Positions 8,744 through 18,643 of a stretch of 64,000 nt of DNA are shown here, one piece after another. The stretch comes from Deltaproteobacteria bacterium (GTDB lineage: Bacteria > Desulfobacterota > Syntrophia > Syntrophales > Smithellaceae). The translations under genes and the position numbers were made by a program. Below the pieces are notes generated by a model. That model was not told the origin of the DNA. It did not search any database and saw only the letters and a list, made by a program, of their open reading frames with translations. The stretch is taken from NCBI GenBank assembly GCA_025361065.1, contig JANYAY010000143.1, forward strand, positions 5,972 to 69,971. Reading direction: 5' to 3'. Numbering within the stretch: the stretch's first letter is position 1; every line of letters begins with the position of its first letter.

Positions 8744-11700
8744 TCAACAACCTGCGGGGGGCACCTCTTGATCCATGGTCCGTTTCACGGCTTGGGCGAG
8801 ACCGTGAAGAGTAAATGGTTTCATGATAAATTCCCGAATACCAATTTTTTTTGATTCTTCTTCATTGATTCCTTCGCTGAATCCGGTGGTCAGAATGATC
8901 GGGAGCCCGGGACGTATCTTCAACATTTCCCTGGCCATATTGGTGCCCATCATGTGCGGCATGGTCATGTCCGTGATCACCAGGTCAAAGCGCTCCGGAT
9001 GCGCCCGGAATGCCTCCAGGGCATCGCGGCTGCGGAGATGGATGGTGACATCATAACCAAGGGAGCTGAGCATCTCCCTGCCCAGGGAGGCGATGGCCTC
9101 TTCGTCGTCAACGTATAGTATATGACCCTTTCCCTGGGGAAGAGATACCATTCCCGGTCCTGCCAGTTCCTCATCGGCGAGTATCAAGGGCAGAAAAATC
9201 GTGAAAACGGTTCCTTTTCCCGGTTCACTTTCCACGGTAATAATCCCGCCATGATCCTTCACGATACCATAGACGACGGACAATCCCAGTCCGGTACCCT
9301 CTCCCGACTTCTTGGTCGTAAAGAAAGGATCGAAAATTTTATCCTTGATGGCCGGATCGATTCCCTCTCCCGTATCGCTTACTACCAGCTGCAAATAGGC
9401 ACCTTCTTTCAGCTCGGGATCGTATGCCGGATTATCGGTTGAGAGAACCTGCCGGCTGATGTTTACCTCCAGGACGCCTTCCCTTTGCCTCATGGCGTGA
9501 ACGGCATTGGTACAAAGATTCATCAGTACCTGGTGTATCTGGGTGGCGTCGGCGAGAACAGTATCCTGCGCGCTCCGGTAATACTGACGGATCTCCACGG
9601 TAGTGGGAAGGGATGACCTCAGTAATTTCATAGCCTCTTTGACAATCGGGATTACGGACACCGGTTTCTTTTCCTGCTCCCGCTGGCGGCTGAAGGTGAG
9701 GATCTGTTTGACCAGATCCCGGGAGCGATCGCAGGCTTTGAGAATCTGTTCCAGATAGGGATGAATTTTTGCGTCCGTCGTTTTGAATTTTATCAGCTCG
9801 GCATAACCCATCATTGCCCCGAGGATGTTGTTAAAGTCATGCGCTATACCGCCGGCCAGGGTGCCGATGGCCTCCATTTTCTGGCCTTGACGGAGTTGGG
9901 CTTCCAGTCTGACTGCCTCTGTGACGTCTCTTTTCAGCGCAACGTAGCCCGTGAGTTTATCAACCGAGGTGAGCAGGGGACTGATGGTCGCATCCTCAAG
10001 AATGAGCTTGCCGTCCTTACGCCTGTTCGTTATGCGTCCGCTCCAGATTTTACCGCTCTTGATCGTATTCCAGAGATGCCCGTAAAATTCCGGTCCGTGA
10101 ACGCCGCTCTTCAGAAAGCTCGGAGTCTGTCCAATCGCTTCCCTCTGTGAGTATCCCGTGATTTTCTCAAAGGCGGGGTTCACATATTGAATTATCCCTT
10201 CCGGGTCAGTGATGATGATATCTTCCGCCACCTGCTCGATGGCAATACTCAAGCGCCTTAGTTCCTCTTCCGCTTTCACACGATCCGAGATATCGAAACT
10301 CACTCCGACCCCGTAACGTTTTCCGTCTAATTCAAAAGTCTGGGCCGTGGTGAATCTCGGGACTTCGGTGCCGTCCTCCTGCAGCGAGATATATTCAACG
10401 GAAGCCTGGTTATCCGTTAAGCCTTGTTCGAGAGACCTGCGCGCCCGCTCCCGATGTTCAGGGTGAATGTGACTCATATCCTCGAACAAGTTCCTGCCAA
10501 TCAACGTTTTCCCATAGGACTGCACCAGATTGCGATTACAACGGATATAACAGCCATTTTCGTCAAGCACATAAGCGTGTCCCGGGAGAGCCTCGAAAAG
10601 CGCTTCAAAAAATCGGCGTTCCAGGGTCAATGCTTTTTCCGCACGCTTGCGCTCGGTGATGTCCAGTACCGTGGCACATACCCCTGCCGACGGATCCGCA
10701 GGATCGAACGGGCTCAGGCTGAGAATCACGACTATCAGTGCGCCGTCTTTGCGCCGGAGGATGGCCTCTTTCACACCCAGGCCTTCTTGCTCCATCTGTT
10801 CGTACAATTCTTTTCCTACGCGGAGGAACTCCTCCTCATCCGGATAAAGGATGCGTGTTTGCATCCCCTCCATCTCCTCCTTGGAATATCCGGTTATCCG
10901 GCAAAGCGCCGTATTCACCTGGATGAACGTCCGGTCTTTCAGTAGGGCCACACCGGCCGGTGTGGCCGCAAGGAGGCTCTTCATAACTCCTTCTCTCTGC
11001 CGCAGCGCCACTTCCGCCAGCTTAAGCTCGCTGATGTCGGAGATGATCGATAGAACCTGGGGTTCCCCCCTTACCGGGATCACCCGCGAAGATATAAGGG
11101 CATCAAACCGGTAGCCACTGGCCGGCGAACATATTATGGTTTCGAACTGATCAATGCCTCTATCCCCGCAGCGCTTGAATTCACGCTGAAGGGTAGCGTA
11201 TTGATCAATGTCCATTACACCCAGCTCCAGAGGAGTCCTGCCCAGTACCTCGGGCAGACGAAGTCCGGTATACTCCAGGAATTTCTTGTTTACATCCACA
11301 TACTCACCAGTGAGTCTGCTCAATGCAATGATATTGGGGCTTTGATCGAACATCATCCTGTAGGCAGCCTCGCTCTCCTTCAATGTCTCCTCGGCATGCT
11401 TACGCTCGGTTATATCCAGCAGGACGCCATGAAAAAGAAGCCTTTCTTTTTCCCGCTGCGGCGTGGCCATCCCCTGGAACCACATTAATTCACCATCCGG
11501 CTTGACAAACCGCCCCTCATATTTCCATATCGTACTTGCGGTTACAGCTTCCTCGATGGAGTTCAAGAAGCTGTTGCGATCTTCCTGCAGGACCTGAGCC
11601 GTGAATGACGGGAAGAAGGTATCGAGATCAGTGGATAATCCGAAGATCTCCTCTGCTCTCTCACTCACATAGCTTACTCCGTAATCCCCTGCGTCCGAGG

Positions 11701-11770
11701 CATAAAACTGGTATATAACGCCCGGTATATTTGTCGCTATGGCCTGCAGGAGGAAATCCCTATCTTTCAT
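8744..11770 (-). CDS. multi-PAS hybrid sensor histidine kinase with C-terminal receiver domain
   Basis: 1008 aa. It has several PAS/PAC-like repeats, a HisKA H-box (IAHDFNNIL), HATPase N/G boxes (DTGEGI, GTGLGLS) and a REC domain (ILYVDDE...DLVITDMTMP). Confidence 0.9.
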   Translation of the reverse strand: MKDRDFLLQAIATNIPGVIYQFYASDAGDYGVSYVSERAEEIFGLSTDLDTFFPSFTAQVLQEDRNSFLNSIEEAVTASTIWKYEGRFVKPDGELMWFQGMATPQREKERLLFHGVLLDITERKHAEETLKESEAAYRMMFDQSPNIIALSRLTGEYVDVNKKFLEYTGLRLPEVLGRTPLELGVMDIDQYATLQREFKRCGDRGIDQFETIICSPASGYRFDALISSRVIPVRGEPQVLSIISDISELKLAEVALRQREGVMKSLLAATPAGVALLKDRTFIQVNTALCRITGYSKEEMEGMQTRILYPDEEEFLRVGKELYEQMEQEGLGVKEAILRRKDGALIVVILSLSPFDPADPSAGVCATVLDITERKRAEKALTLERRFFEALFEALPGHAYVLDENGCYIRCNRNLVQSYGKTLIGRNLFEDMSHIHPEHRERARRSLEQGLTDNQASVEYISLQEDGTEVPRFTTAQTFELDGKRYGVGVSFDISDRVKAEEELRRLSIAIEQVAEDIIITDPEGIIQYVNPAFEKITGYSQREAIGQTPSFLKSGVHGPEFYGHLWNTIKSGKIWSGRITNRRKDGKLILEDATISPLLTSVDKLTGYVALKRDVTEAVRLEAQLRQGQKMEAIGTLAGGIAHDFNNILGAMMGYAELIKFKTTDAKIHPYLEQILKACDRSRDLVKQILTFSRQREQEKKPVSVIPIVKEAMKLLRSSLPTTVEIRQYYRSAQDTVLADATQIHQVLMNLCTNAVHAMRQREGVLEVNISRQVLSTDNPAYDPELKEGAYLQLVVSDTGEGIDPAIKDKIFDPFFTTKKSGEGTGLGLSVVYGIVKDHGGIITVESEPGKGTVFTIFLPLILADEELAGPGMVSLPQGKGHILYVDDEEAIASLGREMLSSLGYDVTIHLRSRDALEAFRAHPERFDLVITDMTMPHMMGTNMAREMLKIRPGLPIILTTGFSEGINEEESKKIGIREFIMKPFTLHGLAQAVKRTMDQEVPPAGC

Positions 11771-12054
11771 ATCCGGATGCTCCTCGATGATCGATTTATA
11801 TGTCGGTGAATGAGTATGTAGAGAACGGATGCGGGGATAATGATGAAGAGAAGGCCTTTCGATATTGCTATATATTTCATCAAGACAGGATCATGTGCCA
11901 GCCGGCCAAGAATGGTATCGGAGAAGTATATCCATAGTCCACCGACTAATGCATAGATCCCTATGATCTTCAGTGCAGCGAATCTATCATGTTCCGGCGA
12001 TGCTGAGTTCATAGACCAACCTCCAATTGCCGCTTGGTTTCCCGGTAGCACCAA
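11767..12054 (-). CDS. two-TM membrane module, separate ORF overlapping the kinase start by ATGA
   Basis: 95-aa ORF. The hydrophobic pattern (GGLWIYFSDTIL...KGLLFIIIPASVLYILI) resembles the N-terminal membrane anchor usually fused to PAS kinases. Confidence 0.5.
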   Translation of the reverse strand: MVLPGNQAAIGGWSMNSASPEHDRFAALKIIGIYALVGGLWIYFSDTILGRLAHDPVLMKYIAISKGLLFIIIPASVLYILIHRHINRSSRSIRI

Positions 12055-12273
12055 AGCATTGCAACCTCATTACCGTTTGTAATGTCTCATAATATTCGGA
12101 ATCAGTCAATCATCGAGGGGAAAACTTTTTTTGTAAATACGCATGATCATATTCATTGCGATTTCCAGGGATAAAAAGGCGGCAGGAAGGAAGCGTCCGG
12201 AGTGTGTAACTGATAAGTTTTAGAAGTAGACGATGTTACCAATCAACTTAGCCTGTGCGCGAGTTGGCATAAT

Positions 12274-12843
12274 TCAGGCAAAACTATTTTCTAAAGCACT
12301 GACATCGACGGAACCCATGTCCTTAGCGGTGGACTTGAAGTGCTGAATACCGGCTGATATTTCTTTTACGTTGGCCGGAGAGGTAACAATGCGGGCCGTC
12401 ATGTTAGCTAGCTTTTCTATATCCTGCGACAGGTAATCAAAAAATCCGGCAATCATTGATTCCGTGATGCCGGCTAAATCAAGACTGCTGCGGTTATCGC
12501 CGGGCAGGTCAAAAGCAAAATCGGCAAGCAGCATGCGGTCTACCGCTTCAACAATGGAATAGGCAGAGGTATAAATCCGGTCGTAACTAAATTCGGCAAG
12601 CGGTCCCAGGCCGAAAAGCAATAAGATTTCCGTATTGATCCGCCCCGGAAACGGAATAATAATTTTTTCCCGAAATTCGCCGCTGATTCGTCCCTGTTTC
12701 ATTTCCCGGGAAATAAAACCATTGAGACGCCAATCAATGAATTCGCAAATTCCGCGCGGCGGTTTTTCATCGGAAAAAATACCGAGCGCAAGGCACTTAT
12801 GCCCTGGCAAATCAGGTGGTTCGGTCGAGAGGGTTACTTGCAT
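12274..12843 (-). CDS. protein resembling the N-terminal (macro-like) domain of M17 leucyl aminopeptidases; no catalytic domain
   Basis: 189 aa. The pattern IDWRLNGFIS...GEFREKIIIP...ILLLFGLGPLAEFSYDRI resembles Peptidase_M17_N. It overlaps the nusB 3' end by 32 nt. Confidence 0.45.
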   Translation of the reverse strand: MQVTLSTEPPDLPGHKCLALGIFSDEKPPRGICEFIDWRLNGFISREMKQGRISGEFREKIIIPFPGRINTEILLLFGLGPLAEFSYDRIYTSAYSIVEAVDRMLLADFAFDLPGDNRSSLDLAGITESMIAGFFDYLSQDIEKLANMTARIVTSPANVKEISAGIQHFKSTAKDMGSVDVSALENSFA

Positions 12844-13252
12844 GTTCCTTTTCTAATTTTAAATTAATGGCATCTAAAATGCCGTTAATAAAAGCTCCGG
12901 AATTTTCTGAACCGAAAGTTTTGCCCAGGTCAATTGCTTCATTCAATGTAACTTTGGGCGGAATATCCGGGCGGTAAAGAAATTCAAACACTGCTAAACG
13001 TAAAATACTGATATCCACTTTGGGCATCCGGCCGAGCGACCAGTTATCCGAGCAGCCGGCAATCAAAGAATCGAGTTCATCTCTGTGGCCCCAGGTACCT
13101 TCCACCAAAGACTCGGCAAATTCCTTCGCCTCTTTCGGGGCAACAAAATTACCCCAGAAAAGATCAAGTGCCTTCTGAACATCCAGATTTACAAAATTAA
13201 GACTGTAAAGAACCTGTAGCGCAACCTCGCGCGCCTTCCTCCGTCCGTGCAT
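12812..13252 (-). CDS. nusB: transcription antitermination factor NusB
   Basis: 146 aa with typical NusB sequence (RRKAREVALQVLY...DRMPKVDISILRLAVFE), in the conserved position after ribH. Confidence 0.9.
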   Translation of the reverse strand: MHGRRKAREVALQVLYSLNFVNLDVQKALDLFWGNFVAPKEAKEFAESLVEGTWGHRDELDSLIAGCSDNWSLGRMPKVDISILRLAVFEFLYRPDIPPKVTLNEAIDLGKTFGSENSGAFINGILDAINLKLEKEHASNPLDRTT

Positions 13253-13363
13253 TAAAACCTCAAACTTCTACAGCTGATACCTGGATCCTTCGGTTCGCTG
13301 CGCACCTCAGGATAATTCGACTAATAAATTTCAGTGCGCTACGCTTCTGAAACTTGAGTCTCA

Positions 13364-13840
13364 TTAAATTTTTTTGAACAAATCCACCATCTCTATTGCC
13401 GACATAGCTGCATCGGCTCCTTTGTTGCCTGATTTCGTCCCGGCACGTTCAATTGCCTGTTCGATAGTGTCTGTCGTCAATACACCAAAAACTACCGGAA
13501 TTTCTGCTTCCAGGCCAACGCTGGCAATGCCCTTGGATACTTCGGCGCTGATGTATTCGAAATGAGGAGTTGCCCCGCGAATAACGGCCCCCAAACAAAT
13601 AATCGCGTCAAAGCGGGCGCTTTTAGCCACTTTCTTTGCTGTCAGGGGTAACTCAAAGGCGCCGGGTACTTTATAAATCACGATATCTTTCTCGTCGGCG
13701 CCGGCTCGAATTAATGTATCGATGGCTCCTTCGATTAACCGGCCGCTGATAAAATCGTTGAAACGGCTGGCAACAATGCCAAACTTCATTCCCTTGGCAA
13801 CAATTTTCCCCTCTACTATTTTCGGCATGATATATACCAT
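13364..13840 (-). CDS. ribH: 6,7-dimethyl-8-ribityllumazine synthase
   Basis: 158 aa with conserved blocks [32 protein letters not shown] and GNKG. The start could instead be the second ATG (13828). Confidence 0.95.
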   Translation of the reverse strand: MVYIMPKIVEGKIVAKGMKFGIVASRFNDFISGRLIEGAIDTLIRAGADEKDIVIYKVPGAFELPLTAKKVAKSARFDAIICLGAVIRGATPHFEYISAEVSKGIASVGLEAEIPVVFGVLTTDTIEQAIERAGTKSGNKGADAAMSAIEMVDLFKKI

Positions 13841-13990
13841 CCTTGTCTATTAAATTTTATACCAATTCGAAATCAAAGCGCTATCTTTGTTGGCGTCGTC
13901 ATCGGCTTCCTCAACGTATTATTAATACGCCTCGTCGCCTCCTCCTTGCCGCCGCGATATCATCTTCGATTTCAAAATGGTATTATTTAT

Positions 13991-14012
13991 GTGCAAAAAA
14001 TCTTTTTTGCAC
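13991..14012. other. perfect 22-bp palindrome immediately after the ribBA stop
   Basis: GTGCAAAAAATCTTTTTTGCAC reads identically on both strands. It is an A/T-rich stem in the ribBA-ribH spacer. Confidence 0.4.
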
Positions 14013-14015
14013 CGC

Positions 14016-15218
14016 CTATATTTCCTGAAGATGCCCCATTTTGTCCTGCTTTGTTTTCATATACCTGATATTGTTTTCATTAGGGGCTATCTCTATCGGA
14101 ACTCTCTCGGTCATCTCGATTCCGTAGCCTTCCAGCCCGACAATTTTCTTGGGGTTGTTCGTCATCAATCTTATTTTACGCACTCCCAGATCAACCAGAA
14201 TCTGGGCGCCGATGCCGTAATCCCGTAAATCCGGTTTAAATCCCAAGGCAAGATTGGCTTCCACCGTGTCATGTCCTTTTTCCTGGAGCGCATAGGCTTT
14301 AATTTTATTCACCAGACCGATTCCCCGGCCTTCCTGGCGCATATAAACGATTACGCCTTTGCCTTCTTTCCCCACCATAGACATTGCCCGGTGCAATTGA
14401 TCGCCGCAATCGCAGCGCTCGGACCCAAAAAGATCTCCGGTCAGGCATTCCGAATGCACGCGCACCAGCACTTCATCATCTTCAGTAATTTCTCCTTTAA
14501 CCAAAGCTATGTGCTGCCAGTCGTCGGCATCATTTTCATAAACGATAATTTTAAAATCACCGCCAAAACACGTCGGGATCGTCGCTTCCGCCATTCTACG
14601 GATAAGTGATTCATTCTGCATCCGGTAATCAATGAGATCGGCAATGGTGACAATTTTCAAGTTGTGGATGCCGGCAAATGTTTCCAAATCGGGCATCCGC
14701 GCCATTGTTCCATCGTCTTTCATGATCTCACAGATTACGCCCGAGGGAGTCAAACCGGCAATCCGGCATAAATCCACAGAACCTTCCGTTTGGCCGGTCC
14801 GCACCAGAACACCGCCTTTACGCGCAATGATTGGAAAAACATGTCCCGGGCTGACCAGGTCATCGGCCTTAGCTGCGCAATTAACCGCTGCCAGGATTGT
14901 TGTGGCACGGTCTGCGGCCGATATGCCGGTGGTAACGCCGTGGCGCGCTTCAATCGAAACGGTAAATGCCGTTTGAAAACGCGCCTGGTTGTCCTGAACC
15001 ATTGGCCGGAGATTAAGCCGACCGGCCAATTCCTCGTTAATAGTTAAGCAAATCAAACCGCGGCCATGACGCGCCATGAAATTGATTGCTTCCGGCATCA
15101 CAAACTGCGCCGCCATGCAGAGATCACCTTCATTTTCCCGATCTTCATCATCAACGAGAATGACCATTTTCCCGTTGCGGATATCATCAATTGCTTCCTG
15201 AATAGTGCTTATTGCCAT
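14016..15218 (-). CDS. ribBA: bifunctional 3,4-dihydroxy-2-butanone-4-phosphate synthase / GTP cyclohydrolase II
   Basis: RibB half ([11 protein letters not shown]) and RibA half ([15 protein letters not shown], zinc Cys triad). The start was moved to [10 protein letters not shown] (15218), which has a GGGAG-type RBS. Confidence 0.95.
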   Translation of the reverse strand: MAISTIQEAIDDIRNGKMVILVDDEDRENEGDLCMAAQFVMPEAINFMARHGRGLICLTINEELAGRLNLRPMVQDNQARFQTAFTVSIEARHGVTTGISAADRATTILAAVNCAAKADDLVSPGHVFPIIARKGGVLVRTGQTEGSVDLCRIAGLTPSGVICEIMKDDGTMARMPDLETFAGIHNLKIVTIADLIDYRMQNESLIRRMAEATIPTCFGGDFKIIVYENDADDWQHIALVKGEITEDDEVLVRVHSECLTGDLFGSERCDCGDQLHRAMSMVGKEGKGVIVYMRQEGRGIGLVNKIKAYALQEKGHDTVEANLALGFKPDLRDYGIGAQILVDLGVRKIRLMTNNPKKIVGLEGYGIEMTERVPIEIAPNENNIRYMKTKQDKMGHLQEI

Positions 15219-15328
15219 TTTTACATCCCACTCCCGATGTTGCCCTGTTAACATACTCAATCTTACTCTCCCGGCGGGAGAGTTTAGATGAGCGGGTTTA
15301 ACAAAATAACATCTATTTTAATTCATCT

Positions 15329-15964
15329 TTATTTCATGAAACCATATTTTGCCAGAAAATCATTGTCTATTCCAGGGGAAGGATGCAATAATTTTTCCAC
15401 ATACTTGCCCAAAACATCCGTTTCGATGTTTACCCACTCCGCCTCTTTTTTCGTCACCAAAGTAGTGTTGGTCGCCGTGTGCGGAATTATATTAACATAA
15501 AACCGGCCTTTTTCAAGCTTGTTCACAGTGAGGCTAATTCCGTCGATGGCCACAGATCCTTTTTCCACGATATAGCGCGACAGTTTTTCATCTATTTCCA
15601 CAGCCAGAATAATCGACCCCGATTTTTGCGTCCGTGAAAGAATTCTGCAGGCGGCATCCACATGCCCCAGAACAAAATGGCCGCCGACAAAACCGCCGAC
15701 ACGCAAAGACTTTTCCAAATTTACTTTATCGCCGGATTTCAAATTCTTCAGCGTTGTCTTGCTCAGAGTCTCTGCCGAAACATCGGCCTGGAAAGTATTT
15801 TGCGTTTTGGCCGTAACTGTGAGACAGGCGCCATTTACGGCAATGCTGTCACCGATGGCAACATCGGTCAAGATAATATCGCCTGCAATTTCCAGGACAG
15901 CATCGGCGCCTTTCATCGTCAGGCGCTTGATTTTACCCTGTCCTTCCACAATTCCGGTAAACAT
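15329..15964 (-). CDS. ribE: riboflavin synthase (alpha chain)
   Basis: The canonical N-terminus MFTGIVEG appears after start correction to 15964. It has two lumazine-binding repeats (GDSIAVNGACLTV / GSVAIDGISLTV). Confidence 0.9.
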   Translation of the reverse strand: MFTGIVEGQGKIKRLTMKGADAVLEIAGDIILTDVAIGDSIAVNGACLTVTAKTQNTFQADVSAETLSKTTLKNLKSGDKVNLEKSLRVGGFVGGHFVLGHVDAACRILSRTQKSGSIILAVEIDEKLSRYIVEKGSVAIDGISLTVNKLEKGRFYVNIIPHTATNTTLVTKKEAEWVNIETDVLGKYVEKLLHPSPGIDNDFLAKYGFMK

Positions 15965-16047
15965 AAAATTTCTCAACTTAAAAAATCAGCGGTGAAGCGC
16001 ATCCGACATGCGAGACTGTGTCGCAATAGCAGATAAAACCATCAACA

Positions 16048-16174
16048 CCGTCATGCCGGTGAAAACCGGCATCCAGAACTTACTGAAAATACTGGATTCC
16101 GTGTCGCGCTTCGCTTGCACGGAATGACAAACCGGTAATTATGACGCACTCTCTGCCGGGGGCCTTTTTACGAG
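16048..16174 (-). repeat. hairpin-rich intergenic repeat, copy 1 (same family as 22716-22836; one end degenerate)
   Basis: Read on the minus strand it begins CTCGTAAAAAG. It contains ATTCCGTG...CACGGAAT and TGCCGGTTTTCACCGGCA hairpins, in the same order as copy 2. Confidence 0.5.
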
Positions 16175-16184
16175 ATCGCCAAAG

Positions 16185-16646
16185 TTATTTTTTGTCCTTG
16201 CTCAACATATCTTTTAATTCCGCAATAAACTCACCAACATCGCGGAATTGCCGGTAAACAGACGCAAACCGGACATAGGCAACGCCATCGAGCGCCTTGA
16301 GTTGATTCATTACCTTTTCGCCGATAACAGTGGATGGAATCTCCTCTCCCTGAAATTCCTGACAGGCCTGTTCGACGTTTTCGATAATTTTTTCCATTGC
16401 ATCCATACTGATTGGACGCTTTTCACATGCTTTCATCACCCCGTTGCGTATTTTCAGACGATCAAATACTTCCCGGCGACCATCTTTTTTCACTACCATG
16501 GGCAGGATATCTTCAACAAATTCATATGTGGTAAAACGCTTGCCACAGGCCAGGCACTCCCGGCGGCGGCGGATAGCCTTGCCGTCTTTGCTGATCCGCG
16601 AATCGATAACCTTGTTTTCAGCATTAGCGCAAAATGGACATTTCAT
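16185..16646 (-). CDS. nrdR: transcriptional repressor NrdR
   Basis: N-terminal zinc ribbon MKCPFC...CLACGKRFTTYE followed by an ATP-cone. Confidence 0.95.
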   Translation of the reverse strand: MKCPFCANAENKVIDSRISKDGKAIRRRRECLACGKRFTTYEFVEDILPMVVKKDGRREVFDRLKIRNGVMKACEKRPISMDAMEKIIENVEQACQEFQGEEIPSTVIGEKVMNQLKALDGVAYVRFASVYRQFRDVGEFIAELKDMLSKDKK

Positions 16647-16770
16647 GACTTTGATCCCGGTAGAAACTTATCTTAAATGATCTTCTGGATCCCGAAAGGC
16701 TTTGCCTTCGGGATCAATTCCACTAACGCTCCAAATTTCGCTTCGCTCATTTTCAGCGAGTGTCATTGAT

Positions 16771-17274
16771 TTAGAGCTGCTTCACAATGATGTCGGCTTC
16801 TTTGAGCATGTCCGCCGCCAATTTGTCGGAATACCCATCACGAATAACGATGCGGACGATTCCCGCATTGATAATCATTTTAGCACAAATAACGCAAGGA
16901 TGATTGGTGCAATACAGAGTAGAGCCTTTAGTGATAACGCCGTGCAATGCCGCCTGAATAATAACGTTTTGCTCCGCATGCAGGCCCCGGCACAATTCAT
17001 GGCGCTCGCCGGAAGGAACATTAAGCTGCTCACGCAGGCATCCGATGTCCAGGCAGTGAGCCAGGGTGGAGGGTGCGCCGTTATATCCTGTGGCAAGAAT
17101 ACGGCGGTCACGTACCAGACCAGCGCCCACAGCGCGCCTGCGGCAGGTGCTGCGCCGGGAAACCAGTTCGATTATATCCAGAAAATATGTATCCCAATCG
17201 GGACGATGGTTAACCATTTCCGGTACAGTTTTTACCGCTGCTTTTTCCCCCGCCATATTTCCCCGCATTGCCAA
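16771..17274 (-). CDS. deoxycytidylate (dCMP) deaminase, ComEB type
   Basis: Contains the WDTYFLDI...RSTC block, the HAEQN zinc motif and PCVICAKMI. Confidence 0.85.
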   Translation of the reverse strand: MAMRGNMAGEKAAVKTVPEMVNHRPDWDTYFLDIIELVSRRSTCRRRAVGAGLVRDRRILATGYNGAPSTLAHCLDIGCLREQLNVPSGERHELCRGLHAEQNVIIQAALHGVITKGSTLYCTNHPCVICAKMIINAGIVRIVIRDGYSDKLAADMLKEADIIVKQL

Positions 17275-17301
17275 TTCCGGGCTTTTCAGCCCAATGCTGC
17301 T

Positions 17302-18555
17302 CTACACTTTTTTTATTCTCTGTTGGTACAGGGGATACTGGTCGCAAAGTGTTTTCACTTTTGCCGCCACTTCCCGGATTCTCTTTTCATCGTTTATATT
17401 GGAAATAACATCGGCAATATAAGAAGCGATCAGTCGCATTTCGTTTTCCTTCATGCCGCGCGTCGTCACAGCGGGCGTGCCAATTCGAATCCCGCTGGTA
17501 ATCTGCGGCCCCTGCGTATCAAAGGGGATACCGTTTTTGTTTACTGTAATGGCGGCACGATCGAGTGCTTCCTGCGCTTCCTTGCCGTTTACCCCTTTGG
17601 CGGTCAAATCAACCAGCATCAGATGATTGTCCGTTCCCCCCGAAACAAGGCGGAAGCCCTGGTTTTTCAGTTCATCGGCCAGTGCCTGGGCATTTTTCAG
17701 AATTTGTTGCTGATACTGCTTAAATTCCGGTAACAGAGCTTCTTTAAAAGCGACGGCCTTAGCCGCGATAATGTGCATTAGCGGCCCGCCCTGCATGCCG
17801 GGAAAAACACGGCTGTTCAGAGTCTTGGCGAAAGCTTCTTTACACATAATCAATCCGCCCCGCGGGCCGCGTAAAGTCTTATGTGTTGTGGAAGTGACAT
17901 ATTCGCAAACCGGCACGGGAGTCGGATGAAGTCCCACGGCTACGAGTCCGGCGACATGGGCAATATCAGCCATGATGACGGCGCCAACTTCGTCGGCTAT
18001 CTTCCGGAAGCGCGTAAAATCGAGAGTCCGGGGATAGGCACTGGCTCCGACAATAATCATTTTCGGTTTATGCTCTTTGGCTAATTTTTCCATTTCAACA
18101 AAATCAATTGTTTCCGTATCTTTGTCTACACCGTATGGAATAATCTTATAATATTTGCCGGAAAAGTTGGCCGGGCTGCCGTGTGATAAATGGCCGCCAT
18201 GCGATAAATTCATGCCCAGAACAGTATCACCCGGCTGGAGTGCTGCAAAATAAACAGCCATATTCGCCTGAGATCCGGAGTGCGGCTGGACATTAACATT
18301 ATCGGCGCCGAAAAGCTGTTTACAGCGGTCGATGGCCAGATTCTCCACGATATCAACAAATTCACAACCGCCGTAATAGCGTTTTCCCGGATAACCTTCG
18401 GCATATTTATTGGTCATGATGCTGCCCTGGGCTTCCAGTACAGCTTCGCTGACAAAATTCTCGGATGCAATAAGCTCCAGTTTGCCTGCCTGTCTTTGCG
18501 TCTCCAGGTCTATGGCATGTTGCACTTCCGGATCAACTTTTTCTAAAAAAGACAT
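17302..18555 (-). CDS. glyA: serine hydroxymethyltransferase
   Basis: Highly conserved SHMT sequence ([21 protein letters not shown]). The start was moved to [11 protein letters not shown] (18555), which matches the usual N-terminus and has AGGAGG upstream. Confidence 0.95.
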   Translation of the reverse strand: MSFLEKVDPEVQHAIDLETQRQAGKLELIASENFVSEAVLEAQGSIMTNKYAEGYPGKRYYGGCEFVDIVENLAIDRCKQLFGADNVNVQPHSGSQANMAVYFAALQPGDTVLGMNLSHGGHLSHGSPANFSGKYYKIIPYGVDKDTETIDFVEMEKLAKEHKPKMIIVGASAYPRTLDFTRFRKIADEVGAVIMADIAHVAGLVAVGLHPTPVPVCEYVTSTTHKTLRGPRGGLIMCKEAFAKTLNSRVFPGMQGGPLMHIIAAKAVAFKEALLPEFKQYQQQILKNAQALADELKNQGFRLVSGGTDNHLMLVDLTAKGVNGKEAQEALDRAAITVNKNGIPFDTQGPQITSGIRIGTPAVTTRGMKENEMRLIASYIADVISNINDEKRIREVAAKVKTLCDQYPLYQQRIKKV

Positions 18556-18580
18556 GAGACCAAATTCCTCCTGCATTTCA

Positions 18581-18643
18581 TTAATCCCGCTCACGCGGGA
18601 CGAGCGTTAATTCTCGGCAGCCTGCTGCGAGGTGGGTGATTCG
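18581..18643. repeat. short structured repeat, copy A (pairs with 60136-60240)
   Basis: A 36-nt core, TTAATCCCGCTCACGCGGGACGAGCGTTAATTCTCG, is 34/36 identical to 60136-60171. A second 27-nt block is 23/27 identical to 60214-60240. Alignment done by eye. Confidence 0.6.

Noticed and set aside
15977-16184. Expected an FMN riboswitch in the leader of the riboflavin operon.
   Set aside because: I read both strands and did not find the conserved FMN-element segments (e.g. the GGGCAGGGTGAAATTCCC / CCGACGGT-type boxes). The hairpins present belong to the repeat family also found at 22716-22836.
16702-17733. 343-aa plus-strand ORF, and similar long antisense ORFs at 7611-8456, 26207-26968, 27662-28603, 39065-39835, 39848-40804, 41030-41710, 41867-42694, 43962-45170, 45271-45960, 54573-55376, 58543-59463 and 60816-61823.
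   Set aside because: Each lies entirely antisense to a gene with unmistakable conserved motifs. Their products are low-complexity (Arg/Gly/Pro/His-rich) and they lack RBSs. These are typical shadow ORFs in GC-rich coding DNA.
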